Positions 18,500-34,314 of a stretch of 64,000 nt of DNA are shown piece after piece. Source of the DNA: the human T2T-CHM13v2.0 reference genome, Homo sapiens; assembly GCF_009914755.1 (NCBI RefSeq), contig NC_060932.1. One strand, 5' to 3'. The notes under the pieces were generated by a model, which worked only from the letters and a program-made list of their open reading frames with translations, was not told where the DNA came from and made no database searches. Both the position numbers and the translations under genes were made by a program. The stretch's first letter is position 1, and each line of letters begins with the position of its first letter.

Positions 18500-19240
18500 T
18501 TTTAATGCTTTCTATGTGTTAGAAACTAGAAAAACAAAGATGGATCAGAGGTTCCTGCCTTATGGACTAATAGTATAGATGGTGGGATGGTGAAGACATG
18601 TAGCAAACATCCACAATATAATGTGACAAGTGCTGTAATCAAAGTGAGATCCAAGTATTGATGGAGCACTCAGTGCTCATTTGACTCAGCCAGGGGAGTC
18701 AGGAAATACATTCCTGAGAAAGTGATATTTGAACACAGTCTTGAAGATTGGTAGGACTTTTCCTGATTGAGTGTTTGAGAGGGAAGGGCACTTTTGTGTG
18801 CTTGGGGATTAGAAAACTTTGGCTTGATTGGAGAGGTAGTACCTGTGTCCACTGGGGTAGAAGCAGAAGATGGTAAAGTGAGCTACAGAAGATGGGACCA
18901 GCCTAGATAATGAGAATGGAATCCTACTTTCAAGGGGAAATCATATAAAATGGACCACAGGGTTAATGGAAAATAGGGCGGGAGGTTTCGTAGAGGCAGA
19001 TCAGGCTCGAAGATAAGTTCATGGTCATGGAAGACTTTATGTAACATGCCAAAGACTTTGTCTTTTATTCCCTATGCAATGGGACATCCTGATAGGTTTT
19101 TTCACAGAATGGACTTAGATTTGTTTTGTTGATTGTGGAGAATAAATTGGAGGAAAGAAGTTAAAAGGAAAAGGAATAGTTAAGCAGCTATTTAAGTAAT
19201 TCAGGTGAAAGATGACGAATGTCTGGACATAGATGTGATG
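18500..19240 (-). mobile_element. L2 fragment(s)
   Basis: ctatgtgttagaaact...cctgccttatgga...ttcctgagaaagtgatatttgaac...gactttgtcttttattc. Confidence 0.6.
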
Positions 19241-19949
19241 AAAGAAAAAAAAATCCCAGCGTCCCTGCTTTCTCAGATCTCGCTGTGTATTTTGGGGGAA
19301 CGCAAAATATAATAATCATATACGTAACAATACTTTATATTTTTGCAATGCTTTGAAAGAACAACTGCAACATCAAGTCAAATATTTGTTGAGTGCATAC
19401 TATATGGCAGCCACTTCGTGTTAAGTGTTGTGTATGGTTTAGCTCAATTTAATTTTGTTCTCCCAACAGACTTATAAAAGAAGTAGAACACACATGCTTC
19501 CCATTAGGTGAGAAAGAAACATGCCTGAGAGTCTAATGGATTACTCAAGTCTGTGCTGCCAAGGAAGAACAGAATCTTTAGGTGAGCAAAATTTCATACT
19601 TCTGGTTTTGGAGGTGTTCTTTCCAGGATACTGGGATTAACTCAGCATATGTCACATATGTTAAATGTTTGATGTATATGCACCCTATATTGAATGATTT
19701 CAGAGGCCCTTGGGCTGAGCTTTGAAAGCTACAGGCTGAACTCCAAGAAGTAGAAGAGTGAGGGCTGAACGTTCCCAGTGGTAAAGAAGTATAAGCATTC
19801 AATTTCCCCTATAATTCCTCAGAAGACATAACTGATTTTAATTAATCAATCAAATATTTATTTCACCTCCCCTCTGCTACAGAAGCTGTGATAGGACCAA
19901 AAGATTTCAGATTGTCTGAGAAAAGAAGCCATCTGTTAGAGTCGACAGG

Positions 19950-20179
19950 TTATGGTCTCAGAAATCATTGAACCTGGGCTTGAATTCTGACACCAACACT
20001 ACATAGCTGTGTGGCCTTGGAAGTGTCACTTAACCTCTCTAATCCTCAGCTTCCCCACCTGTACAACTGAATCAGAAGTATGCAAATTGCAGGGTTGCTG
20101 TAAAAATTGGAGTTTATACACTAATGTGCTTTGTACAGTATAGAACCAGGAGAAGGTGCAAAATCTACGGTCATAGTTC

Positions 20180-20180
<1 letters not shown>
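19950..20180 (+). mobile_element. MIR
   Basis: acctgggcttgaattctga...tagctgtgtggccttgg...cacttaacctctct. Confidence 0.75.

Positions 20181-20203
<23 letters not shown>
20181..20203. repeat. (TTA)n microsatellite
   Basis: ttattattattattattattatt. Confidence 0.9.
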
Positions 20204-20210
<7 letters not shown>

Positions 20211-21004
20211 TAGTATCTTTTGATCTAGTAAGGAGTGTGGAGAGGGATGACAGTGTGAATCCTTCATAAATCAGGAGGTGGAAAAACAGAAGTTTGATTC
20301 CATGGGGAGTCTGCTAGAAGGTCTAGAAGTGCACAGTGGTGATGCTGGCAGGGGTCTTGGCAGCTAGCTAGGGCCTTTGTTCTTATTGTTCTTTTTGAAA
20401 AGAGTGGTCCTTATAATGCTTGCAGTCTCCGACTCCAATCCTGAGGGAGAGGAAGCTCCTGAGATGCCCATAAATATCCATTTTACTCTGCCTTTTCAGA
20501 TTCTGCTGCTTAAATGCAATACAGCCCACGCTACCTATTTCTTTACATCCTTTTGGTTTACTCTGTGCTTTCAGAGGCCCCCAGCAAGGACCGCCCTGGG
20601 AGCACAAAGCAGCTGGAAGTTCATAATTGCAATAATTTTATCTGCCTCAATGCTGACACCTGCACAATGCACTTTGCATAACTTTGAGAAGTGAACCTGC
20701 TGTGTGCTATTGGCAAAGGGGTTGGAGGCAGAGTGTTTGCTTCATGAGACCCAAGGCAATGTAATTTAGAAAGTTCCCAATAGCGTGGACCCTTCAGTGC
20801 GCCATGCCACAGATCACATTTAGTTATTGGAGTCCCCATGGTTACATAGGATTTCTTTCCCACTGTGATACTAGTGATCAAACAAACTTTTCTTTTTCAA
20901 AATGAATATTGCTGTATTGCTATGTGTAACAGTAACAATGGTACTACCCTGTTGCAATAATTTTAGAGAATATAGAAAATTATAAAGAAATAAAAAAAGG
21001 TTTT

Positions 21005-21230
21005 TGGATTCTGGAGCCAGGCTTCTAGGGCTTGAATCCTGGCCCTGTTACTTATTAACTGTGTGTTCTTGGACGGACGTCTTAGGTTCTGTGCCTCGGT
21101 TTCTTTTTTTATAAAAGGGGAATAATGAAAGAAGCTACCTCATTGGGCTGTTAGGTGTTTCAGGCGAAACACTGCACTTAAACTCTTTAGAATAATATTG
21201 GGTTCTAAATAAATATTAGCTATTATTGCT
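21005..21230 (+). mobile_element. MIR
   Basis: tggattctggagccagg...tgaatcctggccctgttactt...tctgtgcctcggtttc. Confidence 0.75.
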
Positions 21231-21394
21231 GCCCTGCTGGTACCTACCCTTCCATTCATGTATTTTAAAGTGAAGTTTCATATGTAAATAAATCATATTG
21301 ATCGTGCTATTTTGAAAATCCTTTTTAAAAAATGTAGCACACTGTTGGATCTGTTTCCTTGTCTATATATAAAAATCACCATCATCATTTAAAA

Positions 21395-21615
21395 AAGCAC
21401 AATGGTAAGAATGTGGCTTGCACAGCCAGATGGTCTGGATTTAAACTCTGCACTGCTGCTTACAAACTGTGTGGCCTGAATGGGCAAGTCATTTGACTTC
21501 TCTCTTCCTCAGTTTCCCTATGTGTAAAATGAGGATTAATAATTAATACCTCATAGAATTATTATGAGGATAAAGTAAGTAAATACTCATTTGTAAAGAA
21601 CTTAGAATATAGAAA
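21395..21615 (+). mobile_element. MIR
   Basis: ggcaagtcatttgacttctctcttcctcagtttccctatgtgtaaaatgagg. Confidence 0.75.
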
Positions 21616-22039
21616 GTTTATATAAAGATTTATTTTAAAAAAGAGAAGAAAGCACAGTAAGGAATATTGGATGTTTTGCCTCCCTAGTGTCTCTTCCCAG
21701 CTCTGGTAGTAACACAAGCCTCTCCCCTGCGGGACACTGTCCTCCACCCATCTGTTCACAGGGGGATCCTGGGACCAGGATAAAAAATTCCCAGTAGCAG
21801 AGTGATGAGTCCAGAGTTGACCTACAAAGGGAACTGTTTCCTGTGGTTCAGCTTCACAGATGCCAGGCCAGGATCCTCCCTTAGGCTTTTCTGCAAGATC
21901 TACAGGAAAAGGCTGCTGCTCTCTGATAACAATATTTCATATCCTCAGTTGAACTCCTCATCTCCTCTACACCCTAGCCTACTCTACCCACAGCCTTGCA
22001 CATCCCTATCCTTGTAGTTTCTCAAAGATTTTGACCCCT

Positions 22040-22850
22040 CTCACTTACACTAAGCAAACAGTCTGTCCATAAATTCTGTTGTAAGTTTCTTCAAACGTAC
22101 CCAGAGTCCAACTACACTCACCATGTCCTCTGATGACACCCTGGGTAGATCCACGGCCATTCCTCACTGGGAGATCCACAGAGACACTCCAATGCTGCCC
22201 TTGCTCCCTGCCTGGGAAATAGTATGTGGTGATCCTTCAAACAAGTAAAGAGACCATGTTCCTCTTCTACTCAAAGTCCTACAGTGACTCCCTGTATCCC
22301 CTAGGGTAAAAACCAAAGCCCTTACAATGGCCTACAAAGGTCTATCTAATTTGGTTCCTTGCTATCTCTTCTGTAACTTTCCCTCAATCTCACTTCACTC
22401 TAGCCCTAGAGGCCTTCAGAGGTTCTCGGAACACACCAGCCATGAATCTATATTGAAACTTTTAACTCTAGCCATTGGCTTTACCTGGAATGTTTTTTTC
22501 CCCCAGTATTTGCTTGGCTAATTCCTTTATCATCTCCTTCAAGTTTCCACTCAAGGTTCATCTTTTCTACGAGGCATGCACTAAGTAGCCAATTGTTTAA
22601 CCCTATAATTTATGCATAAATTATAATCATTTAGATATTCTATTGTATCTTGTGTTCTGACAGCAGCTATCATCTTATATCATTTTACATAATTTACTTG
22701 TTCATCATCTACCCCCACACCCCATCACATAGTATAAAATGCAAGCTTTCGGGGACAGGATTACTTTCTCTATTTTGTTTATTAATGTGTCTTAAGAACC
22801 TCAACCACTGCCTGACTATAATAGGTGCACAACAAAAATTTATTAAATTA
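22040..22850 (+). mobile_element. L2 3' portion
   Basis: catgttcctcttctactcaaagtcctacagtgactccc...cttacaatggcctacaaagg...cactgcctgactataataggtgcacaacaaaaatttatt. Confidence 0.75.
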
Positions 22851-23076
22851 ATCACTTGAATTCGTAGTTCCTCAGTACCTGAAACCAGATCTACTATTGG
22901 AGATTTTGGCTACATAAACACTAAGTTACTTATTTTATCTTAGCTAGCAGTAATGTAACTAGTAATTTATCTTAGAATTAGTATACTATTAGTATTAGAT
23001 ACTTAGCATCTTAGTAACTAGTAATTTATCTGAGCTAGTAATGGTATTCTGTCCATTCTGTCACTTTTAAGTAAGA

Positions 23077-25342
<2,266 letters not shown>

Positions 25343-26310
25343 AAGAGTTTAAAACAAAGTATTGTATATACTTACCGTGGCTTTGCTCTTGATGTCCTAT
25401 TGATTGATATTTATGTGATTTACAGATATCTTCATAATAAATTATAGTTTATAAATATTCTTGCAAATGCAAATTTGTAAGTAGCCCCAAAATTATTTTT
25501 TCTAAGGAAGAATTCTTTCCAATCAAAATTGTAGAAGTAAAATTTTTGGATCAAAGATTTTTGAAATACATTGCCAAATTGCACTCTAGAATGAATTTTC
25601 TAATTTATAATTGTAGCCAGCAATAGATTAGGGTGTTCCTTTCCTCACACTCTGGCCAAAACCAAGAGGAGAAAAATAGTATCTCATTGTGGTTTAAATT
25701 TGAATTTCCTTGATAAGTAATGAGAATAAGTATTTTTTAATGTTTATAATTATTTAATTTTTTATTATGATATCCTTTACCTGTTTGTAAAATCTATTCA
25801 GAATTTGAATAATGAAACCATTCCTTCACATCAGGAGTTCCATTTCAGAGGGTCATATCCGTGTGTGAACATTTCTGTCTAGGAAGAAAATTTACATATA
25901 GCCCCCCACCCCCCAAATCTTGGGATTTCCTTCCAGAAGGCTTATACTGATATTTACATGTCAAGACCAAGCAGATTTGGACTCCAGATTTGAATCAAGC
26001 CTCTTTGTAGTGGTCAGGGGACTTAGGTTATTCATAATGGAAATTCATTTCTGATGGGCTCAAGGAATTTATTGAATGCCATAGAGACCATAAATAAGAC
26101 AAAGATAAAGTAAAACCAGAAAATTACCAACCAGAATATTTTCCTCACCCACCCTTGTTTCTTTATGTGCATCCACTTCTCCTTCCCTTTTCTGCCTTAC
26201 TGCTCTAGACTGTAGAGAAAAGATACTCTTTTACTTTGTCTCTCAATCTCTGTCTCTTTGTGTGTGTGTGTTTCTATTTCTATCTCCTTTCATTCTCCCT
26301 CTCTCATTCT

Positions 26311-26427
26311 GTGTTATGGGATGACTTGTGACCTCTCAAAACTCCTGTGTTGAAGCTCTTAACCCTTACTTACTACCTACACATTATATTTGGAGATAAG
26401 CCCTTTAAAAAAGATGATTAAGTTAAA
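26311..26427 (+). mobile_element. MLT1 5' fragment
   Basis: tgttatgggatgacttgtg...tgtgttgaagctct...tatttggagataagccctttaaa...attaagttaaa, then similarity stops abruptly. Confidence 0.65.
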
Positions 26428-27124
26428 TTGTTTAACTTAACAACTAATAAACCCCTCTTTTTTTTCTTTCTCCCTTCCTTCCTTTCTCTTTCAGTCTGTA
26501 ACCTCCTCTTCTCCTTTTTCTGTTATAGTTTGAAAAATCCCTGTTCAGATCATGATGGGTTGCATACCCAGTCATTATAGCCAAAGTTCGAGGTATCACA
26601 AATTTCCACTAAAACCATAGATTTAAAGTGGGATAGGGGAAAGATGAATAACTTCCTCTACACACTCCAGAAGGGGCAGGCCTTCCTTAAGGTGGGAGAG
26701 GAGGGCTGGACAGAGGGCATGTCCACTAGACTCTTGGAGGGTATGTCAAAGGCAGCCACTGATTTGATAGACAAAGGATACTGAGAATTTTTCCAAAGCC
26801 AAATCTGAGGGTCAACTTTAATACCAATTAAGAAAGAGTGTCCAGGTATAGAAAAACGAAACAAAACAAACATACAAACAAAGGAGCACCATCCAGGGAG
26901 TCAGCCTGAAGGGGGAATGAACAAATGGACATGTTTTGCTGCACAATTATTTACTTCCATGGACAGGTTGGACAGTACAGCCATAAGAGTGAAAATACAG
27001 TATTCTGATAATAGTCCAACACTTGATGTTAGAAACCAGGGATGAAGAACTTACTTTGTCTTTTACTGTTTTGGGTATCTTAAGTAAGTTATTTAACATC
27101 TATGAGCCTCTAATACCTTGGATT

Positions 27125-27574
27125 TGTAAACTAAAAAGTATCTGAGACAGGTCTCAATCAATTTAGTTTATTTGCCAAGGTAAAGGATATTCCTGGAAAA
27201 AATAAGCATGGAATCACAGAAACAGTCGTGGCCTGTGCCTTTCTCTGAAGATGATTTTGAGGGCTTCAATAGGTAAAGGAGAAAAGTGGGCTGGAGGAGA
27301 AAGAAGGAGGGTATGATAATCCACATGTTGAAAGAGAAAAGGAGCAGGTAGCAGAAGAGTTAATTATGTATTTCTCTTGTGCTCAGTAAATCTAGCACTT
27401 TACATAGGATAAGGTGAACATACATCCTACCTATGGAGATATTTAACCTTTTATCTATACCTGTCTGCTTAGTAACAAAAGAAAAGGCAGCTTCTTAAAT
27501 GACTCAACTTTCAGCTTAATTTTTTTCTTTTGGCATAGTGAATTGGGGTCCTGAGTTTTTATTTTCCATTCACA
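27125..27574 (-). mobile_element. MER4-group ERV1 solo LTR inserted in a MIR
   Basis: tgtaaactaaaaagtatctgagacaggtctcaatc...ttttccattcaca. 4-bp TSD gatt at 27121-27124 and 27575-27578. Confidence 0.88.
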
Positions 27575-28095
27575 GATTCAAAATGGAAGAAGTAATTCAC
27601 CGTGTCTATGATATCTGGCACATAATAAGTGATCAATAAATGTATGACATCAAGCATTGCAACATAATACCTTGCAATATATATTTATAAGCTAAGAACT
27701 CTAACATAATCAAATATTATTCTCATTTGCAGTAGTCATTCAGATCTCTAGGACTAAAGAAAAATCCAGAGATGTGGGGAAAGGACTCTAAGCTTATCTA
27801 TTTATTTTTAATATGAAACACATTTCATCTATTTTAGCCTGGCATAAAAAGTATGGCACCTCAGAATTTTGTGAAATGATGAGGTACACGTTATTAATAC
27901 CTACCACTATTCAGTTTTTCCTGTTTTCCTTGGCATTTTGGTAACTGGACTTTCTAATCCCCTTGCAGTTGGGCAGATTCATGTGACAAGTTCTGACGAA
28001 TGAATCGAGAAGGGGAGTGGCTGTGCTGCTTCCATGTGGAGATTTTGAGAAGCTCCCTAACAATTCTCATATTCATCTTACTAATGTTATGGTGG

Positions 28096-28495
28096 TGATA
28101 TAGTTTGAATGTATCCACCAAAAGTTCATTTGTTAGAACCTTAATTTCTTACTGCAGCAGTGCTGGGAGGTGGAGCCTAGTGGGAGGTGCTTTGGTTGTG
28201 TGGCCTCCACTCTCATGAATGGATTACTGTCATTCTTAAAGGAATAAGCTAGTTTTTGTGGGAGGGGGTTAGTTATCATGAGAGTGAGTTGTTATAAAAA
28301 GCAAGCTTGGCTTCCTCTCTGGCCATGTGATATCTCCCACCATGTTATAAAGCAGCAGGAGGCCCTGGTCTGATGCTTGCACCATGCTCTTGGACCTTCC
28401 AGCATCCAGGACCATGAGCCAAAATAAACCTCCATTCTTTATCAATTACCCAGTCTGTGGTATTCTGCTATAACAACAGAAAATGGACTAAGACA
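28096..28495 (+). mobile_element. MST-type MaLR solo LTR
   Basis: tgatatagtttgaatgt...aattacccagtctgtggtattctgctataacaacagaaaatggactaagaca. Confidence 0.88.
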
Positions 28496-28779
28496 AATGG
28501 TATTCACTGATAAAGTTTAATATTGATTTCGCAGAGCCCTGAAGAGTTTTTCCAACCCAGGGTGCAGGAGGCTTGATATTCCAGTTCTAAAGTACTATTC
28601 CCTGACTCCTGATATCAGACTCTAGTTAGAGCCTCTTTTGTTTATCCAAAACACATTTTGACCCCTGCAAGTCTTTGCTAAGGTGTAACTTTCTCTGTTT
28701 AGAATCTGTTTCTGGGTGGGGATTGTTTTGAATTTGCAAAAACACAAGGTTTAGTTAAAGTAAAATCATTATGGTAGTT

Positions 28780-29900
28780 TGTTTCTTTCTAATGCTGTTT
28801 CCATTCTTTTAGTGTACTTTAGAACAGTTTATGATAATCAGTATCTCTCCCTCCCTACTTCAGAATGATGCAAAGGCTTTAAAATTCTTTAACTCTTCCA
28901 ATCTCTCACCACTGATTTTATGTGTTGACTTTTTATTATTAATTTCCCCTTGTTTTGATACTTCTAAGTTGATCAAAACCATTGTTATATGATTTTGTAT
29001 TGTTTAGGTTTACTTACAAGTTTATCCATTTTTAAAATTCATCATTCTATTTTGCAGCATATATCTTCCTTCTGGGTTTACGTTCTTTCTTCATGAAGTA
29101 CATTGTTTAGTGCTTTATTTATTTATTTATTTATTTTTTATTTTATTTTATTTTTAGTGATGATCTGTTAGGGATTATGTCTCTCAAATTTTGTCTTATA
29201 ATTTCTTTATTACACCCTCAGTCTTGAATGACAGCTTAAGTGGGTATACTATTCTAAGCTGATGGCTTATTTTCCCAAAGTTTCAGTGATATTATTTTGC
29301 TGTTTATTAGTTTCTAAGGTTGGTGTAGAGAAACTAATGTTGGTCTGAAACATATTTTTTCTCAGCAAATCTGGCTTTTTTTTCCCTCCCTCGTTGCTCC
29401 CAAGACCTCCTCTTTGTCTTTGGTTTCCTGAATTTTTCAATAAGATTTCTAGATGTGTATCTTGTTTTGTTTATCCTTTATATAACTCAACGTTCTTCTT
29501 AATGAGAATATTCATGGTTTTCCTCAATTCCGGAAAATTCTCAGACATCATATCTTGTCTCATTTTATCTGTTTTTTCCTTGTGTAACTACTAATAGACA
29601 TGTTGGAATGACATAATTTATTCAGTTGCTACCTCTTTGGTTCTTTTTGCAGTGGTATGGTATCTATTTCCTCAGATCTATTTTTCATTACGTGGCTCTC
29701 TCTAAAGAATTAATTGTGTCTAATTTACTGTTTAACTTGTCCATTGAGTTTTCAACTTCAATAACTGCTTTGTTTCTTTACAGAAGTTCTATGGAAGTTC
29801 TATGTATCTGTTCCTTCTTTCACAGTGTTTTTTTTCTTATGTTTCTAATTTCTTGTTTTCTGACATTAGCCATAGTTTGCTTGTCTATTATATGAAGAAA
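28780..29900 (-). mobile_element. Ancient L1M fragment (approximate)
   Basis: T-rich antisense L1-like sequence (ctttattacaccctcagtcttgaatgacagcttaagtgggtat...; ggaaaattctcag; ccattgagttttcaacttca). Confidence 0.55.
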
Positions 29901-30924
29901 CAATCTAGAAATGGTTAAGAAAACATTTTGGGGTCAGAATGCATGGTTTGAATCTCAAGCTTGCTAAGTACAAGCTGAGTTATCTTAATACACATTAACT
30001 ATTAAAGCCTCTCTTTCTTCAAATGTAAAATGAACATATTGATATAATCTATTTTATCGAGATATTAGGAATTAATATTATATTTAAAATAATTAAAAGA
30101 GCATTACACATAATTGCTCAAAAAATGTTAGCTCTGTCTTCACCATCACCATTATCAAAAATGTTAACTCTGCCAGGGACTTTTCTATGTGATTTGTGAA
30201 CTCATTGTTAGTGAGGCTTTATCTTTCAGAATACTGTGAGTCTTGGTATGGTGGGTTATTCCTAATGGTCATTTTCTATTTATTTCTCTCAAGTATCTCA
30301 GGAGAAATTTCAGGCTGGGCTCACGTTTTATTTTAGTTTCCTGAGCTCTGTGTTGCTAAATTGAGTCCCTAAAGCTGAGGGTCTGCAGGTTCATATTAGG
30401 ATTTGAGGTGGCCCAATAAATAGTAACAGTTGTTGGTCGGTCTGCCTGCATGTCTCTCTGTCTTTCTGTATTTCACTAGATTTCTATTATCCTTGTTTCT
30501 CTCTCTAGCTCTCCTGTTTTTCATTTTTGGTTTCATCTTACCGCTTTTATAACCTTACTGCAAGTATTTATGAGTTTATTCCCATAGTCTAGCTCAATCC
30601 TTGCTACAGGTACAAGGATTAAATAAATGAGTAGATTTCCCCCTTTACAGAAGAGTCAGCTTGTTGTTTTGAATATAAGTTGAAAATGTACCCTTTGTAA
30701 GAAGACACCCTTACTACAATAATACTCCTATTCCTATTCCTTCCACCGTTACTGCTGATATGATAGCAGTTTCTTAAATGACTTAAATACTCATTCTGTG
30801 CCAAGAGTTTTTTCTACAATGTATGTGTAAATTCATAAAACCCTCATAACCATCTTTGAGGAAAGATACTATCATTAATGCCCTCTTACTGATGAATAAA
30901 TAGGAAAACTAACCTGTTTTAGGT

Positions 30925-31158
30925 CAGTGTTTCTCAATTGGGAGCAATTTTGCACCTTCACCAGGGGACACTTGGCAATGTCTGGAGACATTTTTGGTTT
31001 ACACAGCAGGGGAGGGGGATGTTAGACAGCAGGGGAGTTACACAGTTACACAGCAGGGGAGTTCAGAGATGGTGTTAACATTCTATAATATACAGGATTA
31101 TACATGTAAAATATTATCTAGCCTCAAATGTTAAAAGTGTTGAAGTTGAGAAATACTG
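30925..31158. mobile_element. MER20 hAT element
   Basis: cagtgtttctcaa...ggggacacttggcaatgtctggagacatttttggtt...gttgagaaatactg. Confidence 0.85.
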
Positions 31159-31634
31159 AGCTCAATAGAATACACGATCTTTTGCTTCATTACTTTTAAC
31201 TTCATATACACTTTATTTTGCATACCCATATAGTTTTCTAAATACCATATATTTGTATTGTTTAAATCTGATCTGTCATTCTTTATCTGTTAATGGGTGA
31301 ATTTGACTAATTTATGTTTATGTAATTATTGATATAGTTGAGCTTATATCTACCATCTTAATTTATTATTGCAGTCTCTACTTTAATCCTTTACACCTTT
31401 CAAAAGCTGATATCCATATGAAGGACCATAAACCCTCCTTAATATCCTTGTGGATGATGGAAAGACTAGAAGTTAAGAAGATATTAATTGAAAATTAAGT
31501 AATTTGGAAGAGGAGAACCCTACCTTTTGGCTGTCTGTAAAATTAGGTTATTGGAATAGACAACTTAAAAATTCTAACATGAGGTTGATAGATAATAAAA
31601 CTGTCCTGCATTTGGGATTCATACTAAATGAGTA

Positions 31635-34314
31635 CAGGCATACCTCACTTTATTGTGCTTTGCTTTATTGTGTTTTTCAGATATCATGTGTTTTACAAAT
31701 TGAAGTTTGTGGAAACCCTGCATCAAACAAGTCTATTGGTGACATTTTCCCAACAGCATTTGCTCACTTTGTGTTTCTGTGTCACATGTTGATAATTCTT
31801 ACAATATTTGAAACCTTTTTTATTATTATACATGTTCTGGTGATCTGTGATCAGTGATCTTTGATGTTACTACTGTAATTTTTTTGGATGCTGTGAACTG
31901 TGCCCATATAAAATGGTGAATTAAATCAATACATGTTGTGTGGTTCTTACTGCTCCAATGACCAGTTATTCCCCAACCTCTCTCCCTGTTCGCAGACCTT
32001 CCTAGTCCCTGAGACAACAATCTTGAAATTAGGCTAATTAACAATCCTACAGTGTCCTCTAAGTGTTCAAGTCAAAGGAAGAGTCACAAGTCTCTAACTT
32101 TAAATCAAAAGCTAGAAATAATTAAGCTTAGTGAAAAAGGCGTGTTGAAAGCTGAGATAGGGAGAAAGCTAGGCCTCTTGCACCAATCAGTTAGCAAAGA
32201 AAAAGTTTTTGAAGGAAATTAAAAGTACTACTTCAGTGACTGCACAAATAATAAAAAAGTAAACACCCTTATGCTATTATGGAGAAAGTTTTAACGGTCT
32301 GTATAGAAGATCAAACTGGCTACAACATTCCCTTAAGTTAAAGCCTAATCCAGAGAAAGGCCCTAACTCTCTTCAATTCTATGAAGGCTGAGAGAAGTGA
32401 GGAAGCTGAGGATGAAAAGTTGGAAGCTAGGAGAGGTTAGTTCATGAGGTTTAAGGAAAGAAACCATCTCCATAAAACAAAAGTACAAGGTGAAGCAGCT
32501 TGTGCCAAAGCAAAAGCTGCAGCCAGTTATCCAGAGGATCTAGCCTAGGTCATTGATGAGGTGGCTACACTAAACAGATTTTCAACGTAGATGACATAGG
32601 CTTATATTGAAAGAAGATGCCATATAGGACTTTTATAGCTAGAGAAGAATAGTCAATTCTTGACTTCAAAGCTTCACAGGATAGGTAGGCTGTCTTGTCA
32701 ATGGCTAATGCAGCTGTTAACTTTAAGTTGAAGCCAGTGCTTGTTTACCATTCTGAAAATCTTAAGGCCTCTAAGAATGATGCTAAATCTACTTTGCCTA
32801 TGCTCTAGAAATGGAAGAACAAAGCCTGGATGACAGCACGTCTGTTTAAAGCATGGTTTGCTGAATGTTATACACTCACCATTTAGACCTATGGCTCAGA
32901 AAAAACAAATTCCTTTCAAAATTTTACTGCTCATTGGCCACACACCTGGTCAACCAAGAACTCTGATGGAGAGGCCCAAGGAGATTTATGTTGTTTTCAT
33001 GCCTGCTAACAGAACACCTATTTACAACTCATGAGTCAAGGACTGATTTAGATTTTTCAGGTCTTATTATTTAAAAAATCCATTTCATAAGCTCCAGCTG
33101 CCATAGATAGTGATTCCTTTGAAGGATCTGGGCAAGTAAATCTTTTGGAAGAATTCACCATTCTAGGTGCCATTAGGAACATTCATGATTCATGGGAGGT
33201 GGTAAAAATATCAACATTAACAGAAGTTTGGAGGAAGTTGATTCTAATCCTCATGGAGGACTTTGAGAAGTTCAAGACTTTAGGGGAAGAATGAACTGCA
33301 GATTTGGTGGAAATAGCAAGAGAACTAGAAAGAAGTGGAGCCTGAAGAGGTGACTGAATTACTGCAACCTCATGATAAACCGTGAATCATGAAGATTGTT
33401 TCTAATGGATGAAAAGGAAAGTTGTTTCTTAAGATGAAATTTACTTCTGGTGAAGATGCTGTGAACATTGCTGAAGTAAAAAGAAGGATTTAGAATATTA
33501 CATAAACTTAGTTGATAAAGCAACAGCAGGTTTCAGAGGATTGACTCCAATTTTGAAAGAAGTTATATTGTAGATATAATGCTATCAAACAGCATCATAT
33601 GCTGCAGAGAAATCTTTAGTGAAAGTAAAAGTCAATTGATGTGGCAAATTTTATTTTTGTCTTATTTTAAGAAATTGCCACACCACTCCAGCCTTCAGCA
33701 GTCATCACCTTGATCAGTCAGTAGCCATCAACATCAAGGCAAGACCCTCCATCAGCAAAACCTTCATGACCTGCTGAAGGCACAGATGATCATATCATTA
33801 CCATGTTTTAGCAATAAAATATTTTAAAATTAAAGTGTATAAATATTTTTTTTTGAGACATGGTCTTACTCTGTCACCCAGGCTGGAGTTCTGTTGTGTA
33901 ATCTTGGCTTGGTGCAGCCTCCACATCCTGGGCTCAAGGGATCTTCCAACCTCAGCCTCCCAAGTTGCTGGGACTACAGGCTCATGCCACCATGCCCGGC
34001 CAATTTTTTTTTTTCTTTTCTAGAGACGAGGTTTTGTCATGTTGCCCAGGTCTCAAACTCCTGGTCTCAAGTGATGATCCTCGGGCTTTGGCCTCCCAAA
34101 ATGCTGGGATTTCAGGCATAAGCCACCATGCCCAGCCAGTATATTTATTTTTTAGACATAATGCTATTGCACACTTAATAGACTATAGTATTGTGTAAAC
34201 ATAACTTTTATATGCACTGAGAAACCAAAAAATTTGTGTGACTTTCTTTATTGCAATATTGGCTTCATTGAGGTAGCTTGGAACTGAACCCACAATATCT
34301 CCAAAATATGCCTA
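31635..34314 (+). mobile_element. Tigger1, near full length, decayed; splits an old L1M 3' end
   Basis: TA + caggcatacctc TIR ... aaatatgccta + TA; internal transposase-like sequence with stops. The flanks (about 31500-31634 and 34315-34480) join into an L1M 3'UTR. Confidence 0.93.
33846..34137 (-). mobile_element. Alu (AluJ-like) nested in Tigger1
   Basis: gagacatggtcttactctgtcacccagg...ctgggctcaagggatcttcc, J-type positions. Confidence 0.92.

Noticed and set aside
25368-25400. Minus-strand donor ACG|gtaagtat as part of a micro-exon
   Set aside because: The nearest upstream AG lacks a pyrimidine tract, and isolated donor motifs are common.
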